From positions 98,638,116 to 98,702,115 of the forward strand of contig NC_090378.1 in assembly GCF_036365525.1 (NCBI RefSeq): 64,000 nt of DNA, given 5' to 3'. The notes beneath the pieces are model-generated. The model did not search any database, was not told where the DNA came from, and worked only from the letters and a program-made list of their open reading frames with translations. Source of the DNA: Heterodontus francisci (lineage: Eukaryota). Shown piece by piece: positions 12,418 to 25,149 of the stretch (position 1 is its first letter; the number at the start of each line of letters is the position of its first letter). The translations under genes and the position numbers were made by a program.

Positions 12418-13452
12418 TATGAAAGCACACAGTCACTTCTTTGGCATGAGTGTGTTCAAGACTGGGTCTCCCAGTGCAGCAACTGTTGAGTAACCTTGCA
12501 CTGTGCTAATAATTATTCCAGGAATAAATTATTTAGGCCTCTCCCATAGTAGTTCCTTAAAAGTAATGCTCTTTATTTTGTGTTCTACTGCACACATATA
12601 TGTTAAGCAGTTTGATCATTATGAACCACTATCATCCAGTCTACAAATATCACCCAATGTCCTGTAAAAATCACAGCATCCACCCCCCAAACCACTGAAT
12701 GTCTACAAATCAATCCCTATTTTTAAAAATTTCTTCTTGGGATGTGGATGACGCAGGCAATGCCACATTTATTGCCCATCACTGGTTACCAAGTTACAAC
12801 TAATGTTAATAGATTTTGCCGACACCAAGACATCACACATCTTAATTTTCCCCCAAAATACTCGAACAACTTTTCTGCAACTGTTTGAGAATTTTATTAA
12901 GTGTGGTATGGAAAAAACAAGGGAGTAGTGATCTCAAGTCACACACGTGTTGACGAACAATCGCAATACTCGAAGCTAGAATTTTTCATTTTGTTGAGGG
13001 TCACAGTCTCAAGTGCTGCCTTGTTAAACTAATATTCCAGCATGGTTATCATGGAATAACAGCACATGGGTCTACAACCACATTTTGATCCTCTGGAGAT
13101 TCTAGAGATAATAAATACTGCAAAAACAAAGTCTAGTCTAATCACTGTAAAACTTTAATGCCTTTGGAAAATCAGTCTGTCACTGGAGTACCCTGATGCA
13201 TTTTCATGATCCGCTATTTTAAAAGGCAAGGACAGAATTTTATCTGTATTGCCATCAGTGCTCCTGAGAGAGAGAACACACCAATAAAATTATTTATTCC
13301 ACACATCAAGACAGTATAAATGCCCTTGGACTATTTGAATCTCAATTAGTGTCTATATATAGTATAGCTGCTTGATAGTTTTCTCACCAGCACTAAACCC
13401 TATAAAAGAAAAAGGGAAGACTGAGGCCACTTTGACAAGTCCCAAGATGCAT

Positions 13453-13747
13453 TAGCTGTGACTCAGTTGGTAGCATTTCCCAGAGTCAGAAGTTGGCTGA
13501 TTCAAGCCCCACTCCAAAAAGACAAACACAAAATCTAGGTTAACGCTTCAGTGTGGTACTGAGGGATTGTTGCATTGTCAGAAGTGTTCTCTTTTGGAGG
13601 AGACAATAAACTGGATGCCCTAGCTAACCTCTTTAGGTGGATGCAAAAGATCTCAACACTAATTTGAAGGAAAGCAGGGGAGTTCTCCCCACTGTCCTGC
13701 CAATGGTTGTCCTTCAGTCAACATCTTGAAACCAGATTTGGTCATTA
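13453..13747 (+). mobile_element. DeuSINE (SacSINE1-like) 5' part, split by the Gypsy insertion; remainder at 22167-22265
   Basis: tRNA-like head (ctcagttggtagc...ttcaagccccactcca) and Deu domain (caggggagttctcccc). The sequence ggtc-atta-tcaca is restored across the insertion. Confidence 0.8.
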
Positions 13748-13885
13748 TGGTGTATTCAGAGTAACCCTAGCATGAGGTCTTAACTGGGAGCAGCCCATGT
13801 TGCAAACTTTATTTACCTCCCAACAGAGAGGCAGTATACAAAAGATATTACATTACAATAAGCCAGTTTAATACAGTCTACTACA
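13748..13885 (-). repeat. 3' LTR of the Gypsy element
   Basis: TG...CA ends; direct repeat of 22041-22166 (catgaggtcttaactgggagcagcc...caataagccagtttaatacagt); adjacent PPT. Confidence 0.85.
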
Positions 13886-16088
13886 CTCCCTCCTTACTTA
13901 AAAAAATTATCTTAAGATGTAAAAATGGTACTTGTACATAATTTCACAGAACACAATACTCTGAAATTTAACAGGTCGAGTTGCACACTTGTCACTGGAA
14001 TCACAACTAAAAAAAAACTTATCAACATTTGCAGAATAAATTTATATGTAAAAAATTGTTTTTCGCTAACACCAGTACGTCTTTTAACAAAAATATTGAC
14101 AAGTAATGAAAGGAAATTATTTCTTCCTTCTTTCAATTAACCCATCTGGCTTCTTCCTCTTTGTCTGGATATCTTCTTCCATTTTCATCAGCTTGACTCT
14201 GCTCTCCCAACATGTGACTGGGTCAAATCTTAACTTTGATTGCCAACTCTACTTAACGGTTAGGACTGTGAAACTGACTGATTAGTCTTAATCAAAGACC
14301 CCGACTCACTTTGCTCTACTGGTGGATTCTGTGATAGACAAACTTTCAGTTTCTTTGTGACTTGTACTTTCCTCCTGACTTTCACTTGGACTGTTGGAAT
14401 TTGGACTATTGGAAATTTCTCATGCTCTCCTTTTGTCAGATTTCGTCTTTCAAGCAAACAATCTACATGTCACTGATGGAGTCTCTCATCAATTTTCACT
14501 AGATGTGAATACGCTAGTCTTTTTACAACTCCAAACACATACTTCACCTCATCACCTCAATGGTTTTTCACCATTCCCTTCTGACCTACACTGAACTCCA
14601 AGTTTCATGCCTAACTATCTTGACTCATCCTCCTCACTGTCTTGCTTTGCTCTTAGCTTGATATTGATGACTGGCTTAAGCAAACTAAACCTAATCCTAG
14701 CAGCATGTTTAAACACCAACTCGCAAGAGCAACCTGTTGTAGACTGTGGAGATAGTGTGCAAGAAAACAGAAGATTTTCTGCCTGTGTTGAAGAAAAACA
14801 TGGAAATTACTGCCGAGCGTGTTGCCCAGCAACTACTTCTGCAACGACCTCTTCACAATTTGTACACTTCTTTCTACAGCACCATTTGATGCTGGGTGAT
14901 TTGGTGGTGTTAGAGTATGTTGGAATCCATTCTTACTCAAATATTTCAAACTCTGACACAAGCTGTGAACCATTATCTGACAATCCATAAATTGCAAACC
15001 AACTTCTTAAAACCTCAATCATTTTGGCACCTGTGGTATTGGGCATAAACTCAACATTTATCCACTTCCTGCAGCTATCAACCAAAACAAAAAATACTCT
15101 ACCTTCCACTTCAAAAAAGGAAAAAAACAAAACAACCTGTACTCATTCCCATGATTGTGTTTGACCATGAATGAAAGGAAACTTGGTGGGATCATTTCTC
15201 ACTGAGACACACTTCAAAGACTTTTCACCAATTCTTTGAAATCTCTATCTACTTTTGGATACCAAAAATAGCTTCTTGCTACGGCTTTCATACGGACTAT
15301 CCTTGTGTGATCTTGAAGTTCCTCTAACAATGTCTCTCTAAATGTTGGTAGAATAATGACCCTTCAACCCCATGGGAGACAACCTTGATTTACATTTAAT
15401 TCATTTCCATGTGCAAGAATACGCCCACAATTTATCACACTTTTTAGACCAGCCTTTCATGACATAATTGAGCACTTTTACTGAGCACCGCATCCTTGAG
15501 AGTTTCTTCACTAATTTCTCTGGCAGACACTGGCATGTCATCTGCGTATGTAAAGTAATTTATAGGTAACTCAATGAAAATCAATCTTCACAGGAAATCT
15601 AAAAAGAACGCTCGCAATAACATGATCTGCTGACTATTTAATATTGTACGGATGGGCCATCAAAATCAATACCCATCTCTAAAGCCATGCTGCTGCTAGA
15701 GATGGTATTCCCTTCTTTGAACCCAATATGATTATAAGGGCTTGATGATCAGTTAACAAACTGAACTTCCTACCGTACAGATATTTGTGGAACTTTGTAA
15801 CACCAAATATGATTGCTTAAGCCTCTTTCTCAACTTGTGAGCAATTTTGCTCTGACTAACACATGTGAAGCATTTGCGCTCCTGGCTTCTCCACACCGTC
15901 CTCCATTATGTGAGATAACACCATACCTAACCCCTGTGGTGAGGGATCACACACTAAAGCCAAAGGTTCTTTGGGATCATAGGAGGTCAAAACAGCATCA
16001 CTAGTCAGTACCTTCACTTCTTCAAACGCTTTCTGACATTCCACAAACCACTCCCGATCTATTCCATCTTTGTGCAGTTGATACACTG

Positions 16089-19000
16089 TCGCCTCACAGC
16101 GACCAAAATAACATGCAAGGCAGCAGTTACGGGTTATAAGTCCAGCTCAATTGGCATAGAGATTGGACGCCATGGGTTGCCTTTGTTGGTGGGAGAGGTC
16201 ATCGCATCTCACTGGACAGCTACCGCACGCCTCAAACCGGGCAGCCCCCGGTCAGAAAATTTCTGTCCCACCACAGTCCACCTGCTTCAATAAGTGCTTG
16301 GAGCTCAGGGTCATTGCCTGACAAGTGGACTGTAACACCACACCAAACAGCATGACAAAAAAAAAATTTAAAAAAGGTACCAGCCCTTCGTTTTGCAAAC
16401 TGAAACGTCAAAACTGCGTGTCCTGGCCTGTCGGAAGACCTTACACATATCAACGATTCTCAGAAGACCACCATTAACAATGAGCTCAGTAGACTCAATG
16501 TGGACATTGCAGCACTTCAGGAGACATGCCTCCCTGCGAGCGGATCTCTAAGAGAGCAAGACTACACCTTCTACTGGCAGGGTAGGGATCCTGAAGAACC
16601 AAGACAGCATGGAGTAGGCTTTGCCATCAGAAACTATTGACTCAGCATGATCCGAGCCATTTGAAGGTGGCTCTAATGCATACTGTCCATCTGACTGCTC
16701 ACCACCTCTGATCCAGTACACCTACTCGGCACCTATGCTCCAACACTCCGCTCCCCACCTGAAGTTAAAGACCAGTTCTACAAGAAACTCCAAAATATCA
16801 TTAGCAGCATTCCTAATACCGAACACTTGTTCCTGCTGGGGGACTTGAATGCCAGGGTTGGGGCCGACCATGACTCATGGCCCTCCTGCCTTGGGCGCTA
16901 TGGCATTGGAAGGATGAATGAGAATGGACAGAGACTGCTGGAGTTGTGTACCTATCACAACCTCTGCATCACCAACTCGTTCTTACATACTAAACCCTGT
17001 CACCAGGTTTCATGGAGACACCCAAGATCACGTCGTTGGCACCAGCTGGACTTCATAGTCACAAGGCGAGCCTCTATAAACAGTGTTCAAATCAAACGCA
17101 GCTTCCACAGTGCAGTCTGCGACACTGACCACTCCCTGGTATGCAGCAAGGTCAGACTCAAACTAAAGAAGCTACATCACTCCAAGCAGAAGGGTCGCCC
17201 GCACAACACTAACAGAATTTCTTAACCACAGCTGTTACACAAGTTTCTAAATTCACTTGAAAAAGCCCTTCAAAAACACTCCTACAGGGGATGCAGAGAT
17301 CAAGTGGGCCCACATCAGAGATGCCATCTATGACTTAGCAATGACCACCTATGGCAAACGTGTGAAGCAGAATGCAGACTGGTTTCAACTTCACTTTGAA
17401 GAGCTGGAACCTGTCATAGTCGCTAAGCGCATTGCACTGTTGAACTACAAGAAAGCCCCCAGCGAGTTAACATCCATAGCATTTAAAGTAGCTATAAGTG
17501 CTGCACAAAGAATAGCCAGGTGCTACGCAAATGACTACTGGCAACACCTATGCAGTCGTATTCAGCTGACCTCCGACACCAGAAACATAAGAATGTATGA
17601 TGGCATTAAGAGCGCTTTTGGGTCAATCAAGAAGACCGCCTCCCCCCCCCCACCAAGTCTAAATCAGGGGAAACGATCACTGACCAACGCAAGCAAATGA
17701 ACTGCTGGGTGGAGCACTACCTGGAACTGTACTCCAAAGAAAATGTTGCCACTGAGACTGCCCTCAATACAGCCCAGTCTCTGCCAGTCATGGATGAGCT
17801 GGACGAACAGCCATCAAAAATCGTAACTCAGTGATGCCACTGATTCTCTAGCCAGCGGAAAAGCCCCTGGAAAGGATGGCATTGCCCCTGAAATAACCAA
17901 GAGTGCCAAGCCTGCTATACTCTCAGCACTACATGAACTGCTTTGCCTGTGCTGGGACAAGGGAGCAGTACCACAGGACATGCATGATGCCAATATCATC
18001 AACCTCTATAAGAACAAGGATGACTGTGGTGACTGCAACAACTACTGTGGAATCTCCCTGCTCAGCATAGTGGGGAAAGTCTTTGCTCCAGTCGCTTTAA
18101 ACAGACTCCAGAAACTGGCTGAGCGTGTCTACCTGGAGGCACAGTGTAGCTTTCAAGCAGAGAGATCCACCGTTGATATGCTGTTCTCCCTTCGCCAGTT
18201 ACAGGAGAAATGCCACGTAAAACAGATGCCCCTCTACGTTGCTTTCATAGATCTCACCGTCAGCAGACGTGGCCTCTTTAGACTACTAGCAAAGATCGGA
18301 TGTCCACCAAAGCTACTAAGTATCATCACCTCATTCCATGACAATATGAAAGGCACAATTCAGCATTGCAGTGTCTCATCAGACCCTTTTCCTATCCTGA
18401 GTGGTGTGAAACAGGGCTGTGTTCTCACACATACACTGTTTGGGATCTTCTTCTCCCTGCTGCTCCCACACGTGTTCAAGTCATCAAAAGAAGGAAGTTC
18501 CTTCACACAAGATCAAATGGCAGGTTGTTCAACCTTGCCCATCTAAGAGCAAAGACCAAAGTACGGAAAGCCCTCATCAGGGAACTCCTCTTTGCTGACG
18601 ATGCTGCATTAACATCCCACACTGAAGAGTGTCTGCAGAGACTCATCGACAGGTTTGCGGCTGCCTGCAATGAATTTGGCCTAACCATCAGCCTCAAGAA
18701 AATGAACATCATGGGACAGAAAGTCAAAAATGCTCCATCCATTAAAATCAGCGACCACGCTCTGGAAGTGGTTCAAGAGTTCATCTACCTAGGCTCAACT
18801 ATCACCAGTAACCTGTGTCTCAATGCAGAAATCAACAAGCGCATGGGAAAAGGTGTCCACTGCTATGTCCAGACTGGCCAAGAGGGTGTGGGAAACGGCA
18901 CACTGACATGGAACACAAAAGTCCGAGTTTTCAAGCCGGTGTCCTCAGTACCTTGCTCTATGGCAGCGAGGCCTGGACAACGTATGTCAGCCAACAGCGA

Positions 19001-19560
19001 CATCTCAACTCATTCCATCTTGGCTGCCTCCAGAGAATCCTTGGCATCAGGTGGCAGAACCGTATCTCCAATGCAGAAGTCCTAGAGGCGGCCAACATCC
19101 CCAGCATATACACCGAGCCAGCGGCGCTCGAGATGGCTTGGCCACATCAGCCGCAAGGAAGATGGCAGGATCCCCAAGGACGAGCTCGTCACTGGTATCA
19201 GGCCCTCCGGCCATCCATGCCTCTGCTTTAAAGACGTCTGCAAACGTGACATGAAGTCCTGTGACATTGACAAGTTGTGGGAGTCAGTTGCCAGTGATTG
19301 CCAGAGCTTGCAGACAGCCAGAAAAGGTGGGGCTAAAGAGTGGCGAGTCGAAGAGACAGCTGTTGGCAGGAAAAAAAAAGACAGAAGCGCAAGGGAAGAG
19401 CCAACTGTGTAACCCCGACAACCAATTTTATCTGCAACACCTGTGGAAGAGCGTCACTCTAGAACTGTCCTTTATAGCCACACCAGGTGCTGCTCCACAA
19501 ACTACTGACCACCTCTAGGCACTTACCCATTGTCTTGAGACAAGGAGGCCAAAGACAACG
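16089..19560 (+). mobile_element. RTE-clade LINE, near full length (about 3.5 kb), frameshifted
   Basis: APE motifs LGDLNARVG, NENGQRLLELC, WRHPRS..WHQLDFI, DTDH; RT motifs GVKQGCVL, LFADD. Splits the Gypsy pol at FAPL|YQL with an imperfect 6-bp duplication acactg/acaatg. Confidence 0.92.
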
Positions 19561-20527
19561 ACAATGGTGCGAATGTATTAGTCAAGTCAGGGATGAACTT
19601 TGAATCATACTCAATGATTCCTATGAATGTTTCAAGTTCTTCTTTGCTCTCTTGCCTCTTTGCTTCTAAAATCCCCTCAACTTTCTCCCGTGTTGGGTGG
19701 ATACCTTCACTGTCTATTTGGTGACCCAAGTAGGTTACACTTGACAGCATGCAGCAACACTTGTGCTTTTTAGCTTTGATGCCATACACGCAGTTGATCT
19801 AGGACTTGGTTCAACCTTAAAACGTACTCAGTCTTAGTACTAATTAAAATGTCATTAAAGAGACAGCACACTCCTTTCATTCCACTTAGTGCCTGATCCA
19901 TGACACTCTAGAACACTGCAGGAGCAGTTGAAACCATAATTTGTAACCTTTCGTACTGCTACAACCCTTTGTGTGTATGAATGGTAAGCAATTCCTTGCT
20001 CCTATGAGTTAATTCTAATTGCAAATAGTTATTTGACAGATCTATCTTACTGAACTCTTCCCATTTGCTAAAATTAGGAAACATATCATTGGTAGGCAAT
20101 GGGAAAGCAGTGACAATCACCTTATTTACTGTTAGTTTATAATCCCCACAAATTCAAATGGACCCACCTGTTTTTTGAACTCCCACAATGGGTGCAGCCC
20201 ATTCACTGGTCTTCATATTTTTAATTGCCCCTGTTCTTTCTAATGTATCCAGCTCTTTACTTACTGCTTCTAACTGTGCATAAAACACTGGCCTAGCTTT
20301 GCAAAATGTCAACTGTCCATTGTCCTTTATCTTGACTTCAGCCTTGTGATGCCTAATTTTATAATTTGGTCTTCATTGTTCAAAGGCCACTTTGTGCACT
20401 CTTAGCACTTCCTCAATGTCAGACATTTATTTACGGTAGGAATCAATAAATGGCTCAGCCCAGTTTAACCATATGTTTTTAAGCCACTTTCTTCCCATTA
20501 GGGAGACTTTGCTCCATCCTCCTAAAC

Positions 20528-20738
20528 CACGTGGGTTTTCGCCGGGTGCTCCGGTTTTCTCCCACAGCCAAAGACTTGCAGGTGATTGGCCAATTTGCCT
20601 TTGTAAATTGCCCCTAATATTAGGTAGGTGGTAGGGAATATGGGATTACTGTAGGGTTAGTATAAATGGGTAGTTGTTGGTCGACACAGACTCGGTGAGC
20701 CGAAGGGCCTGTTTCAGTGCTGTATCTCTAAATAAAAA
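20528..20738 (+). mobile_element. V-SINE (HE1-like), 5'-truncated, inside Gypsy pol
   Basis: V-domain plus tail gggcctgtttcagtgctgtatctctaaataaa. Confidence 0.88.
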
Positions 20739-22040
20739 ACTACCGCCAATGGCAAATAATAGGATGCAACATTAATTTCTACTTTAACACTCACTTCACC
20801 CAATACTGGAATACTGTTATTGGAATAACTAATCAGTTTCATGCCAGTTTTTCTTAAGGAAATGGGACTTGGGACCTCTCCTCCTGAGATAATAGACACT
20901 GCTGCAACAGTATCAATAATAAACACAAGTTGTGACTCTCCGACTTTCATGTTTACTGGAAGCACTGGAATTGTATCTTGAGCCCTTTTTCTCTCAGCTT
21001 CAATATTCTATTATCCTTTCTCTCTGACAGAGTAAAACACTTGATCTTCCTGTTTAATAACACCTTCTATTTTCATATCTACAATGTGTACATTCGAGGT
21101 CTTCCAGGAGCCTGAACTAGCTGTAGGTCTACTATGACCTTGACCTGGTGCATTGCTGTGACCTAGAGCACAGTTTCCTTTACTTCTGCATTCTATCTGG
21201 ATATGACCAGCTTTCCCACAGGCATAGCGCTAACTAGAAATGGGAGTCTTTGGTGGCTACCCTGGCAACAATAGTTAGAAATTTAGCTCCAGTCAGCCTT
21301 TAAGCTGGATTCCTGCTGAAATCTGGTGGACTCCTCTCCTGGCTCAGGGAAAGAACGTCCTTGCAATCTGCCACTATTTCTTCCTGCCTTTTCCAACACT
21401 GTGGCCTCAATGCAGGCCTCCTTCCATGTCAGTTTATTGCCTTTACACAAAAACTAGGCCTGGATTTCACTGTTCTTTAGACTAACGAACAGGTCTCTGA
21501 GGTTAACTTCTATGTCGGCACCATAATCAGAGTGGTGAGACAGTTTCTTTCATTCAATCTAATCTGCAATAGACTCATTTGGCAACTGCTTCCTTTCTTA
21601 GAATGCAACTTGGAGTGCAATTTCATTCTTAGTCAAGCCATAATAATACAAGTACCAGGGTCCTGGGGGCAACATTAGTTAGTTAAACACCACTTCAAAC
21701 GCATCATGGCGAGGAAAACATTCACCTTATCCTCGTTTAGGATATTAGCTTGCAGCCAAAAATGTAACCTTCATTCATAATTACACCAACCCTCTATGTT
21801 ACAGTTGAATTCCCCATTGTCCCAAAATGTCTTCAGTGCCATTTATTTTATTTTTTTAATTACATACTCAGTTGTAGCTGAACACAAATTGCAGACACAT
21901 GAAGTAATCTCCCAAAATGCTCAAACCTCCTCAAAATTGACTTTGGGAGTTCCAAAAGCATGTCAGAACATTCTTCAGACTGCGATCTCCCGAATGAAAT
22001 GCAAAAATAAATCAATCCCATCCTTTCATGTTTTTGGGGA

Positions 22041-22166
22041 TGTATATTCAGCGAGTAAAACTAACATGAGGTCTTAACTGGGAGCAGCCACGTTAGAAAA
22101 ATTCCAGAGAGGCAGTATACAAAAGATATTACAACACAATAAGCCAGTTTAATACAGTTTGCTATA
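22041..22166 (-). repeat. 5' LTR of the Gypsy element
   Basis: Direct repeat of 13748-13885, followed by TSD atta. Confidence 0.85.
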
Positions 22167-23202
22167 ATTATCACATAGTAAGCTCCCACTGAACAGTCAC
22201 AATTGGCTGCTGCCTTTCCTACAATAGAAAATGTTGATTATAAAGCATGTTGGGATATTCTGAGGTTTTTATTTCAAAAGCAGAAAAAATTGAGAATTTT
22301 CAAAAAAAAAACAACTTGGACCGATGATAACTCAGTGTCCAGATTAATGATTCAAAATCGAGAAGCAATTTTGTACAAAGATGCTACTGGCACTTAATGC
22401 ACAGCAATTACTGTGTATATCTGTAGCTCCTTCTGCTGGTCACCCAGGAACAAAGCTGAAAAGAACATGGATAGTAAATTCTCCAGAATACTGGCTAACC
22501 AAACAACGATTACTTAACCTTGCTGGATCAAGAACTCCTATTAACCCTCCCGTGACTGACCGGAATGGCACTTGAAATATGGGGAACGTATCCACAACAT
22601 GCCTTGCATATGACCACCACTTAAACTTTTTACATCTGTGGATATTGGAGTGCCCAAGTATCCTGCCTCTCTACAGCAGAACACAATTAAGATATTTAAA
22701 ATCAAGTTCTCGGAGCAATTGGGAGCCCAATTTAATGCAAAGCTTTCCCATAGGCAGTGAAAGAGAAGAGGGAGCTGCTGATTTCACAAGGCATATGCCT
22801 TTCTCAGCATTCCTGGTGAGCCAGGAGTGCCTTTGGCTTCCCCCAGCTCTGGTCAACAGTCCACCAACCTGAGCTCTCCAAGTTGCCAGCCTCTGTCTGG
22901 CCCCAACCACGTTAGAGATCCTGCCATTAAAGTTTGGGAGATCCTCCACATCCCTGGCCTTTAGTCATTCCTACCTTCCTGTAAACATCAGGGCCTCAGT
23001 CTCTCAAATCAATTGAAAATACTCGCTTGCATTTAACTGGTTTCAGCAAAAATTAAGCCCAATTCATTCTAGTCTGCCAACCCCCATGTAAATTTTTATG
23101 GATGGTCAGTCAAGGTGCCAAAACCTAACTTAATCAAAAAGGACTGAAAAAAAGTTGTAATTCCTGCCTTTAAGTTTTGTTTGCACTGCATAGTTTTCGA
23201 TT

Positions 23203-23520
23203 TATTAGATTTAGAGATACAGCACTGAAACAGGCCCTTCAACCCACCGAGTCTGTGCTGACCATTAACCACCCATTTATACTAATCCTACACCAATCCC
23301 ATATTCCTACTACATCCTCACCTGTCCCTATATTCCCCTACCACCTACCTATACAAGGGGCAATTTACAATGATCAATTTACCTATCAACCTGCAAGTCT
23401 TTTGGCATGTGGGAGGAAACCGGAGCACCCGGAGGAAACCCACACAGACACAGGGAGAACTTGCAAACTCCACACAGGCAGTACCCGGAATTGAACCCGG
23501 GTCGCTGGAGCTGTGAGGTT
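23203..23520 (-). mobile_element. V-SINE (HE1-like)
   Basis: B box, V-domain and tail match the copy at 58398-58758. Confidence 0.9.
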
Positions 23521-25149
23521 GTATGAGCTCAATCAAAAAAATCATGAGCCATGTATCATTCACTTCCTTGTTTCGACAAAGCACTCGTGGATATAATGCT
23601 TTTGTTGTTTAGATGATCACATTTCAATCTAGTTAAGACAATGATAGCAAAATAAACTGACATTTTTCAGCCACCCTGACAATCATAGTACGAGAAAATA
23701 AGGGAAGCACAGGCTGACAAAAAACAATTATGTGGTTGCAATAAATTTCTGAAATAAAGGCCACCAGCTGCCAGTGCATTGCCGTCAACTTTTACAATGT
23801 GTGAGTATTTTGCTCTCTCCTGTTCCTTCCTCTTTCACACTATTCATCATTCTTTCCATCTGTTCTGCCATAGAGGTACCAGGCTGTTAGCATCTCCTGC
23901 TCAGCTTTCCTTCTTCATAATCACCCCTTTATTCACCAAATCAAATTTATTTAATACAAACTTGTACCTTTCCAAGTAACTCAACATCATGGCATCCTTC
24001 TCAAAGCTGACACTCCCCAATGATCCTTGCTTTCAAAAGGCATGCCCAAAACCTTGGTTCTGTGCAGCATCTAGTGGTCACTAGATGGATATCTGGGCAT
24101 GTTTCCAAACTCTCTGGACTTCACCACACTCCTCCCCTGTACTCGGAGCTTCTTGTTATGCCCTTTCCGCTCGCCCCCCCCCCCCCCACCAATTCACCAC
24201 CTGGTGAAACAGAAGAAACAGTATCCACTATGTCTTGTCTTGTAGTATTTCAAGTTCTTTTAAATGCTCATAGGTGATAGCCATAGAAATAAACATAATC
24301 CAGCACAGCAAGTCACAGTTCCCCTCACTCCACAAACACAGTGATAAATCAAAACTGATGTGTTTTTACAGCACATTGAACAGATGGAGTAATTAAGAGA
24401 TCAACAGGGATTAAGGAAACCCTTGAGGCTTATTAATATTCAAAGTAAAGCCTGATGGGGGTGTTGAAGTTAAATATCCAGTGGAGCAAGTCAATTATTG
24501 TATTATAAATGCAGTTTAAAAATTATAAAGTACACACCCACAAGAACATTGTTTTCTTGGCTTTAATAGTTATAATACCACAACATGCCAGCAGTGAACA
24601 GAAGGATTGCCTAGCAGATGACATGTTATTTTCCTGTATCCTGTCTAGGAATTGGTTTGAAATTGAATTTGTTCATCGAATGTTGTTAGGGAGAACACAT
24701 GGGAGAGGAAATAAAGGCTGGCCAACAGATGAAACACTGTCCAAGGTCCATCATTAACCCCAATTAACAGGTGAAAATATTCCTCTGCAGTTAGTGATTA
24801 AAAAGTAATTTAATTTAAGAGACAAAAACTGTAGCAGTTAGTCATCTTCACTACACCCACCATTTTACATCATGTGGCCGAATCCTCTTTTGGTAGTTGC
24901 ATATAATTGATGTGTGTTGCCTTCATAGAGGATGGACAAATCAAGTCTGGAATATATATGACAGAGACCACCATCCTGTCACAGTATTAAATCAAAGATC
25001 CTTTAAATATTATTTACGCTGTTACTTCATTTAACATTAAGCAAAGTTTGTGCAGATTGCTATTCTAGCACCCTGAACATCCTTACCCTTCTCTTCCTCA
25101 TATTCGGTTTGTGGCAAATTTTAAAGATTTGATCCATTTTACTTGCATT

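Larger units (their letters stand above)
13748..22166 (-). mobile_element. Gypsy/Ty3 LTR retrotransposon, complete but decayed
   Basis: Short LTRs at 13748-13885 and 22041-22166; 4-bp TSD ATTA; PPT aagtaaggagggag (13886-13899). Domains in Gypsy order: gag knuckle (R)YACGKAGHIQIEC at 21188-21229, protease IDTVAAVSII, RT (VTYLGHQIDSEGIHP), RNase H (LVCDPS..GLG.VLSH), integrase (VLVDS..KW, SDNGSQ). Confidence 0.92.

Noticed and set aside
16827-19231. Longest ORFs in the window as host genes
   Set aside because: They are frameshifted pieces of the RTE LINE ORF.
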